A stretch of 64,000 nt of DNA, taken from Octopus vulgaris. Taxonomy: Eukaryota. This document shows, piece by piece, positions 27,662-41,640 of the stretch (within the stretch, counting starts at the first letter, position 1; the number at the start of each line of letters is the position of its first letter). The DNA lies in assembly GCA_951406725.2 (NCBI GenBank), contig OX597817.1, positions 38,130,001 through 38,194,000 on the forward strand. The letters are read 5' to 3'. The notes beneath the pieces were generated by a model that had not been told where the DNA came from, did no database searches, and was given only the letters and a program-made list of their open reading frames with translations. A program made the translations under genes and the position numbers.

Positions 27662-27892
27662 AGCGGCGAGCTGGCAGAATCGTTAGCATGCCGGGCGAAA
27701 TGCTTAGCAGTATTTCGTCTGTCATTACGTTCTGAGTTCAAATTCCGCCGAAGTCGACTTTGCCTTTCATCCTTTCGGAGTCGATTAAATAAATACCAGT
27801 TACGCACTGGGGTCGATGTAATCGACTTAATCCGTTTGTCTGTTCTTGTTTGTCCCCGCTATGTTTAGCTCCCTGTGGGCAATAAAGAAATA
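27662..27892 (+). mobile_element. Full-length SINE family B
   Basis: gcggcgagctggcagaatcgttagc...gagttcaaattccgccgaagtcgactttgcctttcatcctttcgg...gtgggcaataaagaaata; nearly identical to the reverse complement of 33052-33283. Confidence 0.92.
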
Positions 27893-28429
27893 TATATATA
27901 TATTTGTGTATGCTATTTGTATATAAACGTATACTTCGACGGCATCCGCCCTGTAAACAATCTCAGGAACGGTCGAATTCTGTTTTCTGATCTATGCAGT
28001 ATTCGCTTCCCACTTAACCTTATTTCCCTGGTTTCCCTTTGAGAGTTTTAAAACTTCTTTTCAATAATTTGATAGAATTTTAAAAATGAAGAATAATAAA
28101 TAAATGAATAAATAAAATAATATAAATATAGAAGTTTATATTATTTTAGAAATTTCTCAATTTTAAAATTTACCAAGACCTCGTATAGTAAGTTATTTTG
28201 AGGAAATAGCTTCATTCTAGAACATTGGCGGAGTTTGGGAAAAAGAAGAAAACTGTAAATAGAAACACATGCACGCATGCATCTCTCTTTCTCTCTCCCT
28301 CGTTCTCTGTATGCACGCGCACGCACACACACGCATACACACACGCACACACCTAGAAGGAAATAGTGACGTGTCAGAGTCGACCTATTTTCTGTGTGAG
28401 GCTGTTGGGGTCTTATTTTTTCGTGCAGA

Positions 28430-28800
28430 GAAATCTCAGTATCTTCGACTCCCGGACTGAACGTCACAGCATAGTACCAAAGATTCCACCTCTCCATTTA
28501 GAGTAAGGACCAACATTGTAACAGCTTAGGGTTCAAGCTTTTCAATTCGTTGCAAAATATCCTCAAAGATATACGAGGCGTAGATGTGAATGAATTCAAA
28601 AGACAAATTTTTATCTGATATACCCCTATGAACCTCCACCGAGGCAAAAAGCGCAAATAATGGCAATGTTATACAGCACACTTAAACACCAGAACTGCAT
28701 ACGGAAGGAGGGCTGTTGAAGTGAAAAGTAATAACTAGTAATCACATAAATATCGTTGCTCCAACCTGGCCACTGCCTTTTGAAACAAATAACAGCAATA
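28430..28800 (+). mobile_element. CR1-like LINE 3' end relic
   Basis: SLGFKLFNSLQNILKDIRGVDVNEFKRQ..SDIP.EPP matches the CR1-group terminal motif GPxLFNxLP..IR......FK..LD.FL..IPDEP. Confidence 0.65.
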
Positions 28801-29099
28801 ACATTTTTGAGGTTGTTGGGGTACTTTCAACAAAGTCTCGAATAAAACCGTCTTAAGACCTGAGAAAACATATCTTTTCCCCATTAGCTTGTCTTTTCAT
28901 CTTATTGGGGATTCTAAATAACACGATCTAAATACTCGTAAATTATTTAATTAGTTGAGCAACCAGACATTAACAAAAGTTATTCATGCTTCCTTGGTGT
29001 AGCTAGAACAAAGGGAGTTAATGCTGAACGAGACACCAAGATTTGTTACAAAATACCATCTGGTAATCCAAACAGATAGACACTTCGCTCCGTGAGTCA

Positions 29100-30065
29100 T
29101 TTTGAGTACTTCTATGTGGTCGTACAATCTGCAATAAACAAGAGCCAAATCCATTTAAAATCGCACCTTACTACCTTAAAAAGAGGAAGAACACATTAAA
29201 TAATGTAATCTGTATATACTGCTTCAGCAAAAAAAGAAAGAAAAAAACAAGAGGACAAGGGGACAAACAAAACCTCTGATTTTGTAATAATCAAGGTAGC
29301 CTAGAGGCTAAACACGAACGACAACAATGACAAGATGAAATTGGTCGCTCTACCCATAAAGAAATATCAGCCAAATCTTCAAATCACATACCGTCATAAA
29401 AAAAGGGGTACTGTTTGATATAAAGTCATTCTCAAACCTGCTCCAGACTCTGCTTTATGCTGCTACTATAATAGCTTCTGCACTATTCAGTTATTGCTGT
29501 TTCCAAGCCAACTAGGCTCCATACTACCCACTACGCATAGTCCTTCTTTCCCAGAATATTGGCCCACCACTCATGTCTTTCCCATAAACGCTGATTTACA
29601 AAGAGTTAAGAACATCTATTTGTATCAGTCTTACCAGTCTAAGGGTGAGGGGTCTACGACGACCATGGGCATTACTCCTTCCTCCAGATTCAGTAATTAA
29701 AAATTAGCAAATAAATATAGGGAAGGGCACATTAAGCAATATAGTCCCAAACATGAAAAAAATAAAAAAATAGAATGGCATAGTCACGGCTGAAATGGTT
29801 TTGATCATAGGTTTTCCCGATTAGGACTGACCAGGTACTAAACAACAACAACAGCAACAATAATATATCCTCTAAATTGTCGCTTGACCTGCAAGAAATA
29901 GCAGCCAAATTCCCAGAAAAAACATTATATCTGCAGTCTTAGATGAAAGAATGGGAGTATAACATAATAGAGTCTTTGGTCCCTGTAAAAAGACGGGATA
30001 TTGAGGCTTAGATATTTGATCATAGGTCTATTCAGTCAGGTCTGATCGAGAATAAAAACAACTAT
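29100..30065 (-). repeat. Cluster of about four tandem, diverged copies of an unclassified ~200-bp interspersed repeat
   Basis: Recurrent gaaatagcagccaaat...cacattaaataatgtaatc...gtcacggctgaaat..tttgatcataggt...ctaaacaacaac motifs. Confidence 0.7.
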
Positions 30066-30311
30066 AGAAGCGCAGTAAAAGTGAGGATTGTCTCATTAAT
30101 TTGCATCTTTAAGTTCAGTTCCTGCCATGGGTATAGTCTGGAGAGGAATGTAAACAGCAAAACACTTTGCACCTATATCAATTAAGGCGCGAACCTTTTC
30201 AGCCCGATTAAATGAAATTTTGCTTTGTACTAATTCCGTCAATAAAGTTGATAGGGGAGTGTTACTTATATGAAAACATGTAATTTAGTTCTGGCTACAT
30301 GATTGTCTTTG

Positions 30312-30706
30312 ATCTTTTACTTGTTTCAGTCATTGGACTGCGACCATGCCCTCTTTGGGCACCACCTTGACGGGTTTAGTCGAACAAATTGGCCCTTTTA
30401 CTTATTTTTTAGGTCTCATACTTATTCTATCGACTCCCTTTCCAGAACTGTTAAATTACATTGACATAAATAAACTAACACAAGTTTCCAAGCACTGGTG
30501 GGTGGGGGGACAAACTCAGATACAAACACTGATACACATATTATGAAGGGCTACCACGCAGTTTCTGTCTACCAGATTCATTCACAAAGCATTGGTCGAC
30601 CCCGGGTTATAGTATAAAATACTTGCTTAATATGTTGCACAGTAAAACTGAACTCGAAACATGTGTTCGCCAAGTGAGCTTCTTAACCTCACAGCCATGT
30701 CTGTGT
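30312..30706 (-). mobile_element. Diverged SINE family A copy
   Basis: tcttttacttgtttcagtcattggactgcgaccatgc...cacaaagcattggtcgaccccgggttatagta...cacagccatgtctgtg. Confidence 0.8.
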
Positions 30707-31544
30707 ATAGAAAATAATTTTATGACACGATATTTCAGGGAGATTTTTATTTAGGCAACCCATCGCGGGTTGCCTAAAAAACACGCGACCTGTCATTGCT
30801 TGCTAGTAATACACGTCATAATTTCGTCATCACCGCCCTTAATGAACAACATGAAGACAACTGAGCCCCTACAACACCGAGTAAATTTCAGTATTTACCA
30901 GCTCATCAACATTATGAATAACAACTTGGACTTCGGCTTCGTAGACAACTAACTTATATATATATCCGTTATGTAGTGTCATTGGGTAATGTTTTTACTA
31001 CACAGGTTTGCGTTTGGGTCTTGTCAATAAATCACACAAAAGCAGCTCAGTCGTTATCAATAAACTGCATCAAGTGAATGATAACATAGCTAATATATTG
31101 ATTGGACGTTTGGAGGCCTGAACGAGAAATCAGAAAAATAACACTGTAGTCGTCCTTCGTCCTTCGCCATCAGTTGTCTGGGCATAATACAGGAGGAGAG
31201 CAGTCAAGGGTAGAGAATGAAACTTATGCCTGTTGAGACAATATGTACATGGTAGAGCATAGGAGGGAGGACTGACCAGAAGTGTGGAGGGTGGAGAACG
31301 GAAAAGAGGGAGAGTAAGAGGAGTTGAGAATGAAGGAAGGAAAATAATTGCAAAACTGAGCGTGTGAGCGTGCACATATATATCTTTATATGCGCGCACG
31401 CGCGTGAATGGATAGAAAGATAAATGTATACACAACATACGCGTATAGAAATACATGCACACACACGAGCATGCACACATACAAAAGAGAGAGAGAGATT
31501 GAATGGAATATGTAACAGAGTAGGTAAGTGAACAGTTTAGCAGG

Positions 31545-31780
<236 letters not shown>

Positions 31781-31905
31781 CTACTTGATTAGTTGGATGA
31801 TTGACTGATTGATCGATTGATTGATAAAGTGAAGAAGCGTGAGTAGGGATTGAGAGATAGTTGGAGAGATATAAACAAACTGAAGAGAATGTGAATGAGC
31901 AAGTT

Positions 31906-31963
<58 letters not shown>

Positions 31964-32628
31964 CGGATGAGGAGGGAAAATATATGAGGAAGTGAGACGT
32001 AAACAGAAACAGAGTAATGTGGCGTAATGATGGTGGGAGACAGAAAAATAGAGAAAAATGAGGGAGAAATAGAAAGAGAGTGTTGTTTGATAGTGAGGAA
32101 AGAAAGAGAGGTGAGAAATGTAGTAGGGAAAAAGAAGCAAAAGAACGTATTTAGTAAACAATATATTCAAAGAGAAAGAGAGAGGTACAGAGAGAGAGAG
32201 GAAGAGAAAGAGAAAGAGACGGAGAAAGAGAAAGTGAGTGAGCCTGAGAGAGAAAAAGAAAGAAGGAAGAAGGAGCAAAGAGACGAAAATAGGGTTTTCA
32301 GAGGATCACTTTTCGCTCACAGACAAGTCACTTATTGCATTCTTCTTTCTATCTCTCATTCAGTCTTTCTTTCTCTAAATTATTTCACTGCCATTATCAC
32401 ACACTCACACACCACACACACACAAAACTGCATCACCGTAATTTAAATAGGCGTATATTTTCTATATATGGTATATTCGAAACTCAGTTTTTTCCGTTTA
32501 TTTCACTGTGACATCGGTCATAGCCCCAACTAATTACTAACTATTGAGCACACTCAGTGAATAAATGCTTCAATTAGACGACTTAAGATTAGCCTTGTGG
32601 GGTCCATATGTGCCTAAGTAGCACCTGT

Positions 32629-32697
<69 letters not shown>

Positions 32698-33051
32698 AAA
32701 AGAGAGACAGACAGACACAGACAGATAGAGAGTGGTCACCCGTAAGTGAGTGTGACTCGGTAACAATGTACCTAACTTTCGCATATGGCTTTAGATGTTT
32801 ATGTAGTTGCAAGCAGACATAGACACTCTCTTGGCTTTCCCACCCTTTGATCTAGTGGCACATACTGAGTGTAACAAGTGGAAGGAGAGAGAAAGAACGA
32901 GAGAGAGGGAGTTGTACCCGTGCATGGTGGCTAGTATTCATTTCAATTGAGTAGACTGGAGCAAGAAATGAACCTGTGACATTACGATCGTGAACCGAAC
33001 ATCCTAATCACTACACCAAGCGTTCTTTTTTTCTTCGGGCCTAATGTACCT

Positions 33052-33283
33052 ATTTGTTTACTACCCACAAGGGGCTAAACACAGAGAGGACAAACAAGGA
33101 CAGACAAACGGATTAAGTCGATTATATCGACCCCAGTGCGTAACTGGTACTTATTTAATCGACCCCGAAAGGATGAAAGGCAAAGTCGACCTCGGCGGAA
33201 TTTGAACTCAGAACGTAGCGCCAGACGAAATACCGCTGAGCATTTCGCCTGGCGTGCTAACAATTCTGCCAGCTCGCCGCCTT
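33052..33283 (-). mobile_element. Young full-length SINE family B with long TSD
   Basis: Direct repeat CTTCGGGCCTAATGTACCT at 33033-33051 and 33281-33299, partly overlapping the SINE ends. Confidence 0.95.
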
Positions 33284-34604
33284 CGGGCCTAATGTACCTT
33301 GAACTAGTATTACAGTCTAAGTTCATGTTCTTAATAAACTAGACTTGAAATACCTTTAACCATTGGCGTACTGAGTCGCGTCTAGCCTAAGGATAAACTA
33401 GAACAACGAGGGGGTGCATAAAGTAATATAATCATAAAAATAATAAAATCCCGTTGACCAGTTTAACAATACCACCTGGTACCTTGTGTGCCTTTAAAGG
33501 AGTACCCTGTTGCAAGCATTCACAATAGGTCTCCAGTCTGAGGATACCGTCCTCTTCCTTTCACACCAGCCTTAGAACGTCTCTAAAGGGGCAATAGATA
33601 CTGCCTCCAGTTTAAAAGATAATAATGCAAAAATAAAAGAAAAAGGAAACGTTACATTATGTTTAAATAAATGTTGGGATAAATTGTGACAGCTAAAACG
33701 CCTTTGATCCTTGGTCTTTTTGCTCAGAGCAAACTCGGAACGAAACCAACACCACAACAATCTTCAAAAACAACGAAGGACACATTAGATCAGATGTTTT
33801 TAATTATTATGCCGCATATGGTCAACAGGTGTGCTGCGAGGTTTTCAGGCAAGTCAGAAAATATCAAATGAATTGGAAAACTTTATTGTTTCTATGACAC
33901 CGCGGCGTTGAATGTTTATTCCTTTGTGGCGAAATAAAAGACGTGGAGCGGCCATCTCGGTTTTAAATCAGTTTTAATACACATCCCTCACACATTCAAA
34001 CACACATACACATACATGCACCTGTAAAAAGATGATGGTGTACCCTTACACTTTAAGCACTTTGTTCAGTATGCTGAGAAAAGATAAAGGTCAAAGATCG
34101 CTGCATTTGATAACGTAGTCTTAGGTACACAATGACCAAATAAAAGTTGCGACTGTCAAGGTTGGTAAGTCCGTTTAATTAGAATTGACCTGGGGCTATG
34201 CCAGACCAACAATGAGGAAGGTCTCTGTAGTTTTAGATACACAAAATCTCTTCATAAAAGTTACGGTGGCCAAGGTTGGAAAGTCCCTGGTCGCAGGTTT
34301 GCTCGGTCAGATCTGAACTGGGGCTAAAACAGAACATTAGATAATCTAGTCGAAGATATACAATAACTGGATAGAAGATGGGAAGGTAGAAACTGGAATA
34401 TCTTTAATTGTAAGTTTGGTCGATGAGGACTGAATTGAGTCTAAACCACTACGACATACAGACAGACAGACAGACAGACAGACAGACGAACTTGTGCATC
34501 AGTTTGTAAAAAAATATTGAGTTTGGTACAGTGCATATTTTGTATGTGAGTTCGGTTCAAACAGCTGTAGGTTGCTGTAGACTATACCCACCAGGGACAA
34601 ATAT

Positions 34605-34817
34605 TGGTATCAAATTTTGGCACAAGGCCAGCAAGATCGGGACGGGGGTAAGTCGACTACATCGATCACCAGTGCTTAACTGGTACTTATTTTATCGATT
34701 CCGAAAGGATGAAAGGCAAAGTCGACCTTGGTAGAATTTGAACTCAGAACGTAAAGATAACGAAATGCCGCAAAGCATTTCGCCTGGCGTAGTAACGATT
34801 CTGCAGCTCGCCGCCTT
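34605..34817 (-). mobile_element. SINE family B variant with the alternative tail (...GGCCTTGTGCCAAAATTTGA)
   Basis: Same head and central domain as 33052-33283, but the 3' end matches the 12375 and 44950 copies. Confidence 0.85.
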
Positions 34818-36305
34818 TCCATGGATAAGTATCAGCTATAGATATTTTAAAAAAATTTATCAATTACATACAAAATTTCAGTCATTTTAATAACTCACAT
34901 CAACTTAGAAGGCTCTATAGAGTCCACAGCCTGCTAGAAATTGCAGTCAAATGTTTCTTATATCATATCCTGTTGCCACCTTATTAAATGGCGAAAAAAG
35001 GAAAGACGCATTGGATAATGTAGCGCTAGATAAAGTATGTAGAAAAAAAATGATGGAATGGTCACGGCTAGAATATCTTAAGTCTGCTCGACCTAGATTT
35101 AACCTGGGGTGGGGTGGGGTGGGGGAGAAGGTAGTTAAAGATCGCGATTAGAATTACCCTTAATACCTAAAAGACATCGCAATCACACGCTTACATTCAC
35201 CTGAACGCGGTGCGTACATGCATGCATGCATGCACATGCACACACGCATGCATGCACGCACATACCCCTACACCCAGAGATATATATTTTTTTCTTTTAA
35301 CTATTCATTCTGTTTATTCATTCATTTATTATACACGCACCCAAAAGTGTGGTGATACACAGCAGAGTAGCAGCGTAGCACTGAACACCGAACCCCGAAC
35401 CCTAGCTGCCTCAATTCATTAATTTTCGTGCATGCGCGCGCACGTGCGTAGTTCTATTCATAATTTTTTTTTCTACTTTTTTATTTTCCAGGCGAATCTT
35501 TCAAGTGAAAGCGCCGAGCACATTATGAATGGTGAAATAGTTTACATTCATTGATGTTGCGACTGGGTCTATATGAGTCGATATCTTGCTTAGCTTGCCT
35601 TGTTACCATCCTGCTGTATTATATCTAGGGACTTCCTACGCCTCCGCCTTTAGTTTCAATGCATGCACACAAGCGCGCATGCGTGTCTAAATGCGTGCTT
35701 GTGTGCGTGCGCACATGCGTGCGCATGCATATTGCCTAGCAAGTGTATATTTTAGTTCTAGCAGGCAGGCACTGTCTTAATTGAAGCTGAGTGTTGTTAT
35801 TTTTGTTATTATGTTGATGCGATGTTATTGTCGATGTCGGCCAGTAACTTCCATATATGGTTTGCATCATTCATTAATGGGACGAGAACTGGCAGAGCTG
35901 ATGAAATACAGAATGAAACTGCTCTCTCTCTCTCTCCCTCTCTCTCCTTTCTCTCCCCCTCCCTCTCTTTCTCTCTTGTTTTCTTTGTTCATAAATGTGT
36001 TCGTGTGTGTGCTTGCATACATATATATGCATGCATATATATGTGTGTGCATGCATCTGCGCGCGCGCGTTTCCAATATGATTCATTCACTTTTTGCGAA
36101 GTGTTTGTATGTGCCCATATGTATAAATATATGCATATGTAAGCCTGTATATCTGTGCACACATACACACAGTGTGTTTATATATATATACATGTATATA
36201 TGCAGAAACACACACACACACACACATATATATATTTATACTATACACATACATATATGAATATATATATATATATGTATGCATGCATGTATATATGTGT
36301 GTGTT

Positions 36306-36337
<32 letters not shown>

Positions 36338-36368
36338 TGTATATACATATACACATACATACACATGC

Positions 36369-36429
<61 letters not shown>

Positions 36430-36900
36430 TATGTGAGGTTGTATTTTAAGATGAGACTTTATTCAGAGAGATTTTAGTTGCTGTTTCTAACAGGTCGTAT
36501 GACCATAAGGAGGCTCCGCTGCTGCTACTGCTGTTGCTGCCGTTGTTATTGTTGTTGTTGTTGTTGTTGTTGTTGCTGCTGCTACTACCACTACTACTAC
36601 TACTACAACTGTTGCTATAGCTGCTGCCATTGCTTATGTTGTTGCACTACTGTAATTATGGCGGTGCGTTGGAGGGAGGGGGGAGCTCGTGGAGGTGGGG
36701 GGAAAAAGGAGGAAGGGTAATTAGTTTTCCACTAATGAATTAAAAGAGAACTCATGGTAGAAAGAAGATAGAAAGAAATGCAATGGTAGTGGTGGGGGGG
36801 AGAAAGATAAGAATATGAAGGTGGTGGCGGTGGTGGTGGTGGTGGTGGTGACGACGACGAAGTAGAAGAAGAAGAAGAAGAAGAAGAAGAAGAAGAAGAA

Positions 36901-36947
<47 letters not shown>

Positions 36948-37525
36948 TGATGATGATGATGATGATGAAGGAGAAAAGAAGCACAACAATAACAACCACA
37001 ACAAAATATACTATAGATAAATCAGTTAAAAAGCTGAGGTGCTGGAATGAGTGCCGCTCTAGAAAAGATTTAGTTTAGTTGAAATTTCCTTCTTAGTTTC
37101 AGAAAAAAAACAAATTATTGCAGTAATTATTAATAAGCTTCACAGAAAAGGGGAGATGATTTTAAGAAATTAGAAATTAGTTTCTTGAAGTCTATTGGTA
37201 AGCTAAGGGGAAAGAAATATTCACTTTTGCTTGCACGCAAGGGACAACTGTAGGCATGTTTCAGTCTATTAGACCTCATTAGCATAATATAGTCAACTGG
37301 AATAACATGCATGGTAACAAGGACCAACTAAGCGATAACAAAACTGGAATGAATTTTCGAATTCGAAGCATTCTTGGCTGTGTTGTTAATAAGTTTGCTT
37401 GACAACTACGTGATTTTTGGGGTTCAATACCACTGCATAGGGTTTTGAGTCAGCTTTTTCTACTATAATCGCGAGTTGATAAATGTCTTGCGTGTAGATT
37501 TTAGTAAATGTAAACTCTTCAGAAA

Positions 37526-37575
<50 letters not shown>

Positions 37576-37999
37576 TATATAAACACACATACATACATTT
37601 AGATATTCCAGTTATTTAATCGCAGCCATACTGTGTTCCACCTTGAAGATACTCCCCTCTTTTTTTTTCCGAACATCGAAAGCATAAGAAGAATGTGTTT
37701 ACACTCACAGCTAGTCTTTCCTAATATCTAAAAAAATAATTTCATTCCTTTATTTTCACGCTATGTTGCGCAAAATATATAAATATTTGCGTGTTTCGTT
37801 TATGCTGTATCGTGGTTATGTGTGTCCTACACATCAGTTGTTCGCCCAATAGAAATCTAGATAAAATATGCACCCGTCTGGAATAAGTACTGGGGCCAAT
37901 ATAATCATCCAAATAATTGAATGCAAAACCCCAATCCAACGATTAGGACCAGTGAAAGAAGAACTGACTAAATGAGAGGAATTGGGTAATCTATTTTCT

Positions 38000-39100
38000 T
38001 TCGGGAAAAGTTTTCCCGTCTCTTTCCGTCTCTGTTCCCCGTTTCTATAAATGAATGCGATGATTCTGCTACGAAGTGTGGTTTCCCGATAATTTAGTTC
38101 TTGCTGTTGCTTGTGTTGTTTTCGATCGCTCATTATCTCCGCTGGTTTTAATCTAGAAGAGTCCTTAGGTTTTTCTGTTAGTGCTTGGGAATGAGGACGG
38201 GACGTTTGTTTATTTAATTAATCATTTTGACTACTCAAGAGTTTTATCTGTGCCACTTAATGCTGCAGTGCTGGATAGAACCACCAGTCTTCAGGATTTG
38301 TTGCTGTCTTTGTCCTTTTAAATTTATTGCTAGAAAGCTTTTAAATTGGTTTTTACCGCAGCATTTGTCGCAACTGGGGTTTCTGCTTTGGATGCCAAGT
38401 TTCTCTCAACTCCTTCCACAGGATACCATTCTGGTATTGCCTTGTGGTCTAGCGAAGACACGGGGACTTGCATGTTCATGCTGACCCCCTTCCCACAGCA
38501 TACCACGAAACATTGCACCGGTGATAATCACCTGACAATATTGTACCACAAAAGTGACTGAGAGCCAGGGATCGAAACTGCTGCCGATGTCTCTGATTGT
38601 GACTCTTGCGCTTCTTCTTATCAAATATTGAGGAACTAGCTCATGGGCAGGTGTGCCATGTACAATTTTGGCTAAAATCAAAAGTGATGCTTATGATGCC
38701 ATACTTCCTCTTCCATCCCAATAAAGGAGATTTCACTTAACAAGTCCGCTGAGGCTTTCTTTAAATCTCTTATCAATGGAACAAGGGAATCCTCCGTGCC
38801 TTTAACAAGGCACAATTGCATTACTTTCATCATTTCGCGCAATTTTGATAAATTGTGAAATGCTGGTGTCCGTCTTGTAGACAAAAGATTGACATGCTTT
38901 GATTCTTTCATCAAAAAGTTACATATCTAGGGTTTTCTTGTTCAAAAGTACGTTTGCGAACGATGGCGCTTCGCAAGTGTATTGTTGTCTTTTAGGCTTT
39001 TTTTTTGTTAAAATGTCATTTTCTTTTCGATTTACTGTTTGTTTGTGCTCGTTAATATTTGTTTTAAAATTCTTTGATTCTATTGTTTTGCTTTCTTAGG
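38000..39100 (-). pseudogene. Possible decayed LINE ORF1/gag-like region
   Basis: Chained complex-sequence ORF fragments (38678-38914, 38406-38681) and a Cys-knuckle-like NPSCDKCCGKNQFKS. No diagnostic motif is intact. Confidence 0.3.
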
Positions 39101-40087
39101 TGTTATTTCTTTTGGGAGCAATGAGAATAAATATCCCCATATAACTGAAAATATTCATTCTCACTAGGACAAGCTAAACTGATTGCTTGTTTAACTGAGA
39201 GCATGTCTGAGGAAGCTACTAGAGAGAGAGTAATGGTCTTATGATTGCCCATAGACGGATTCACTCAGAGGCAACGCCACGTTTCAAAGAGCACCGTTGG
39301 ATGCAACAGCCTGACTTATGTCTCTTAAAAAGACATGCGGCCATTCTATTCTCATACTTGTCAAACCATTTCGAGATCACGTAATTTAGAATACATCATT
39401 TCATGAGCAACGTTGTCGAAGGTCTTTCCATAGTCGAGATATATGACATCTATATTTGAATGATGGTATAAGACCTGTTTGTGGTAGCTACTAGCTGAAC
39501 CGAAAGCGTGCTGAGCACCAGCTAATAAATCATTTTCTTCTAAGAACGTAATTAGTTACCCTTTGATAATTTGTTCCATTACTTTCCTGATACGATGTCA
39601 GAGGAATAAGTTCGTGCGTGTGTGTGTGAAAAATGGGTTATAAAATGATTATGTATGCGAAGCATAGTCACCGAGTAGTGCTCAAAGAAATACGAATCTT
39701 CAACTCCAGCTTTTTCATTAAGGTTAGGCAGTGCAGAGGTGGAGAGTTGACTATAAGAGCGATCATCACCGAGCACGTATGGCAGAAGAAAGAAACACAA
39801 AATATAACAAACGTAAGGAATGTATTTATATGATGTGGTCAAGTCTTTTGATAACATCAAACTTCTAAATTGAAAAAGCATCTTTCCCATATAAATACAT
39901 TCCTTACATGTGTTATTGGTCATCTTTCATCTTAAATGGGGCATATCACATATCATATCATATTATATATATATATATCATTGTTCAATTTCATTTCAAG
40001 GTTTCTTGCCAATAGAGAAAGAGCCTGTTTCTAACCTAGATCCAAGGCTTCGTCATTGGAATTTCAACATCAACATCTGGGCCTCTT

Positions 40088-40119
<32 letters not shown>

Positions 40120-40281
40120 TGTATGTATGTATGTATGTATGTATGTATGTATGTGTGTATGTATGTACGTATGTATGTATGAATGACTGGATGTATGTGT
40201 GTATGTATGTACGTACGTATGTATGTAGGGCTGAAAACGACTGAAACAAGTAAAAGGCACATGCGCACAGACACACACACT

Positions 40282-40314
<33 letters not shown>

Positions 40315-40689
40315 ACAAAAAAAAAAACAACAGGAGAACATCATTGATATTTCAACAGAGTCATTCCAACGTGCATTTCATTAATGCAATATCTCAGAGC
40401 CTCTATGCAACATTTCATCAGACACACAAATAGTATTTGTCGAGCATACGTATATATTACAACATAGAGTGTGCGTGTATTTTTGTATATACAAAGTGCG
40501 CGTGCGTGTGCGTGTGCGTGTATTGCATCCTTCTCTACTTCTTCCCTCGTGCATAGAACATTTCTTTGAAATTCTTTATACATGCAAAGTATTCTAACTG
40601 GTTTTGCTAGGCCCTTTTTACATGTTTCAGAACCCTTCAAACCTTCTTACTAATATCAGGTCATTTAATTTCTGATATCATATTTCTCA

Positions 40690-41150
40690 TATTATAACTT
40701 CCTTTATATCGATGTAACCGATGGTTGCCACTTCTTCGTATTGAGTGTTTTAGAGTTTTTCCACTTTATTTATCTGTGTCGCATCGGGGCTATGCAAACG
40801 TTTTTGATTCGTTCATTCAGTATTTCACTTGATCCTTTCGAGGTCAAAGCTCTAAAATCGATTCTTTTATGAATTTATAGCAAAAGTTAGAGTCTTTATG
40901 CCTATATTTTCTACACCCTTGGATTCCTGTTCTGAGTTCTTCCTTCGCGATGTTGAAAATATTTTTCTCGATTTCTGAACGCATACTTTTAAGTGGGATG
41001 CATCACTGTCTATAGTTTGGTGTACCTTTAAACGATTTATGAGCTTTGTTCTTCGTCTCAGAACTATTCTAACTTTGGGTATAATATCTTTTGACCATTG
41101 GACTTCCTTTGTAGGACAAATTTTATGCACAGAGCTTACATTATTATTAA
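40690..41150 (-). pseudogene. CR1-like ORF2 linker relic (between endonuclease and RT)
   Basis: IIPKVRIVLRRRTKLINRL...EQESKGVENI resembles IPRDRK.LMR.R.K...E.KA...I..N. Confidence 0.45.
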
Positions 41151-41246
41151 CATAAATTGCTTCAGTTTCATGTCATGTATGTGTATTTGTGTGTGTGTGA
41201 GTGTTTGTGTGTGTGTAACTATATAAATATGTATATATATTTGTAT

Positions 41247-41282
<36 letters not shown>

Positions 41283-41283
<1 letters not shown>

Positions 41284-41640
41284 TATCATTATAGTTTAAC
41301 GTTCGCTTTCCATGCTGGCATGGGTTGGGCGGTTGGACAGGAGCTGGCCAGGTAGAAGACTACACCAGGCTACTGTCTGTTTTGGCATGGTTTTTACAGT
41401 TAGATGCCCTTTCAAATGCCAACCACTTCACAGTGTGGACTGGATGTTTTTTTACATGCCACCAACACCGGCAGGATCACCAAGTAACTTGCAAGACAAG
41501 GAATTTTTGAGAGGGGGGGAACATTGGAGAAGGTGATCTTGTGTCAGATGATGAAAGGTTAGAGTATAACAGAGAGGTAGAAATAGGTGTCTTGCTACAG
41601 AGGAGGTACACGGTTACCTGGCCAGAGAGACGGGGGGGGA
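41283..41640 (-). mobile_element. SINE/LINE-derived repeat with RTE-type 3' tail
   Basis: Minus strand ...GGCATCTAACTGTAAAAACCATGCCAAAACAG...CAACCCATGCCAGCATGGAAAGCGAACGTTAAAC ending in an ATGAT-type tail. Confidence 0.7.

Noticed and set aside
30860-30960. Possible miRNA hairpin
   Set aside because: No extended stem and no match to conserved miRNA sequences I can recall.
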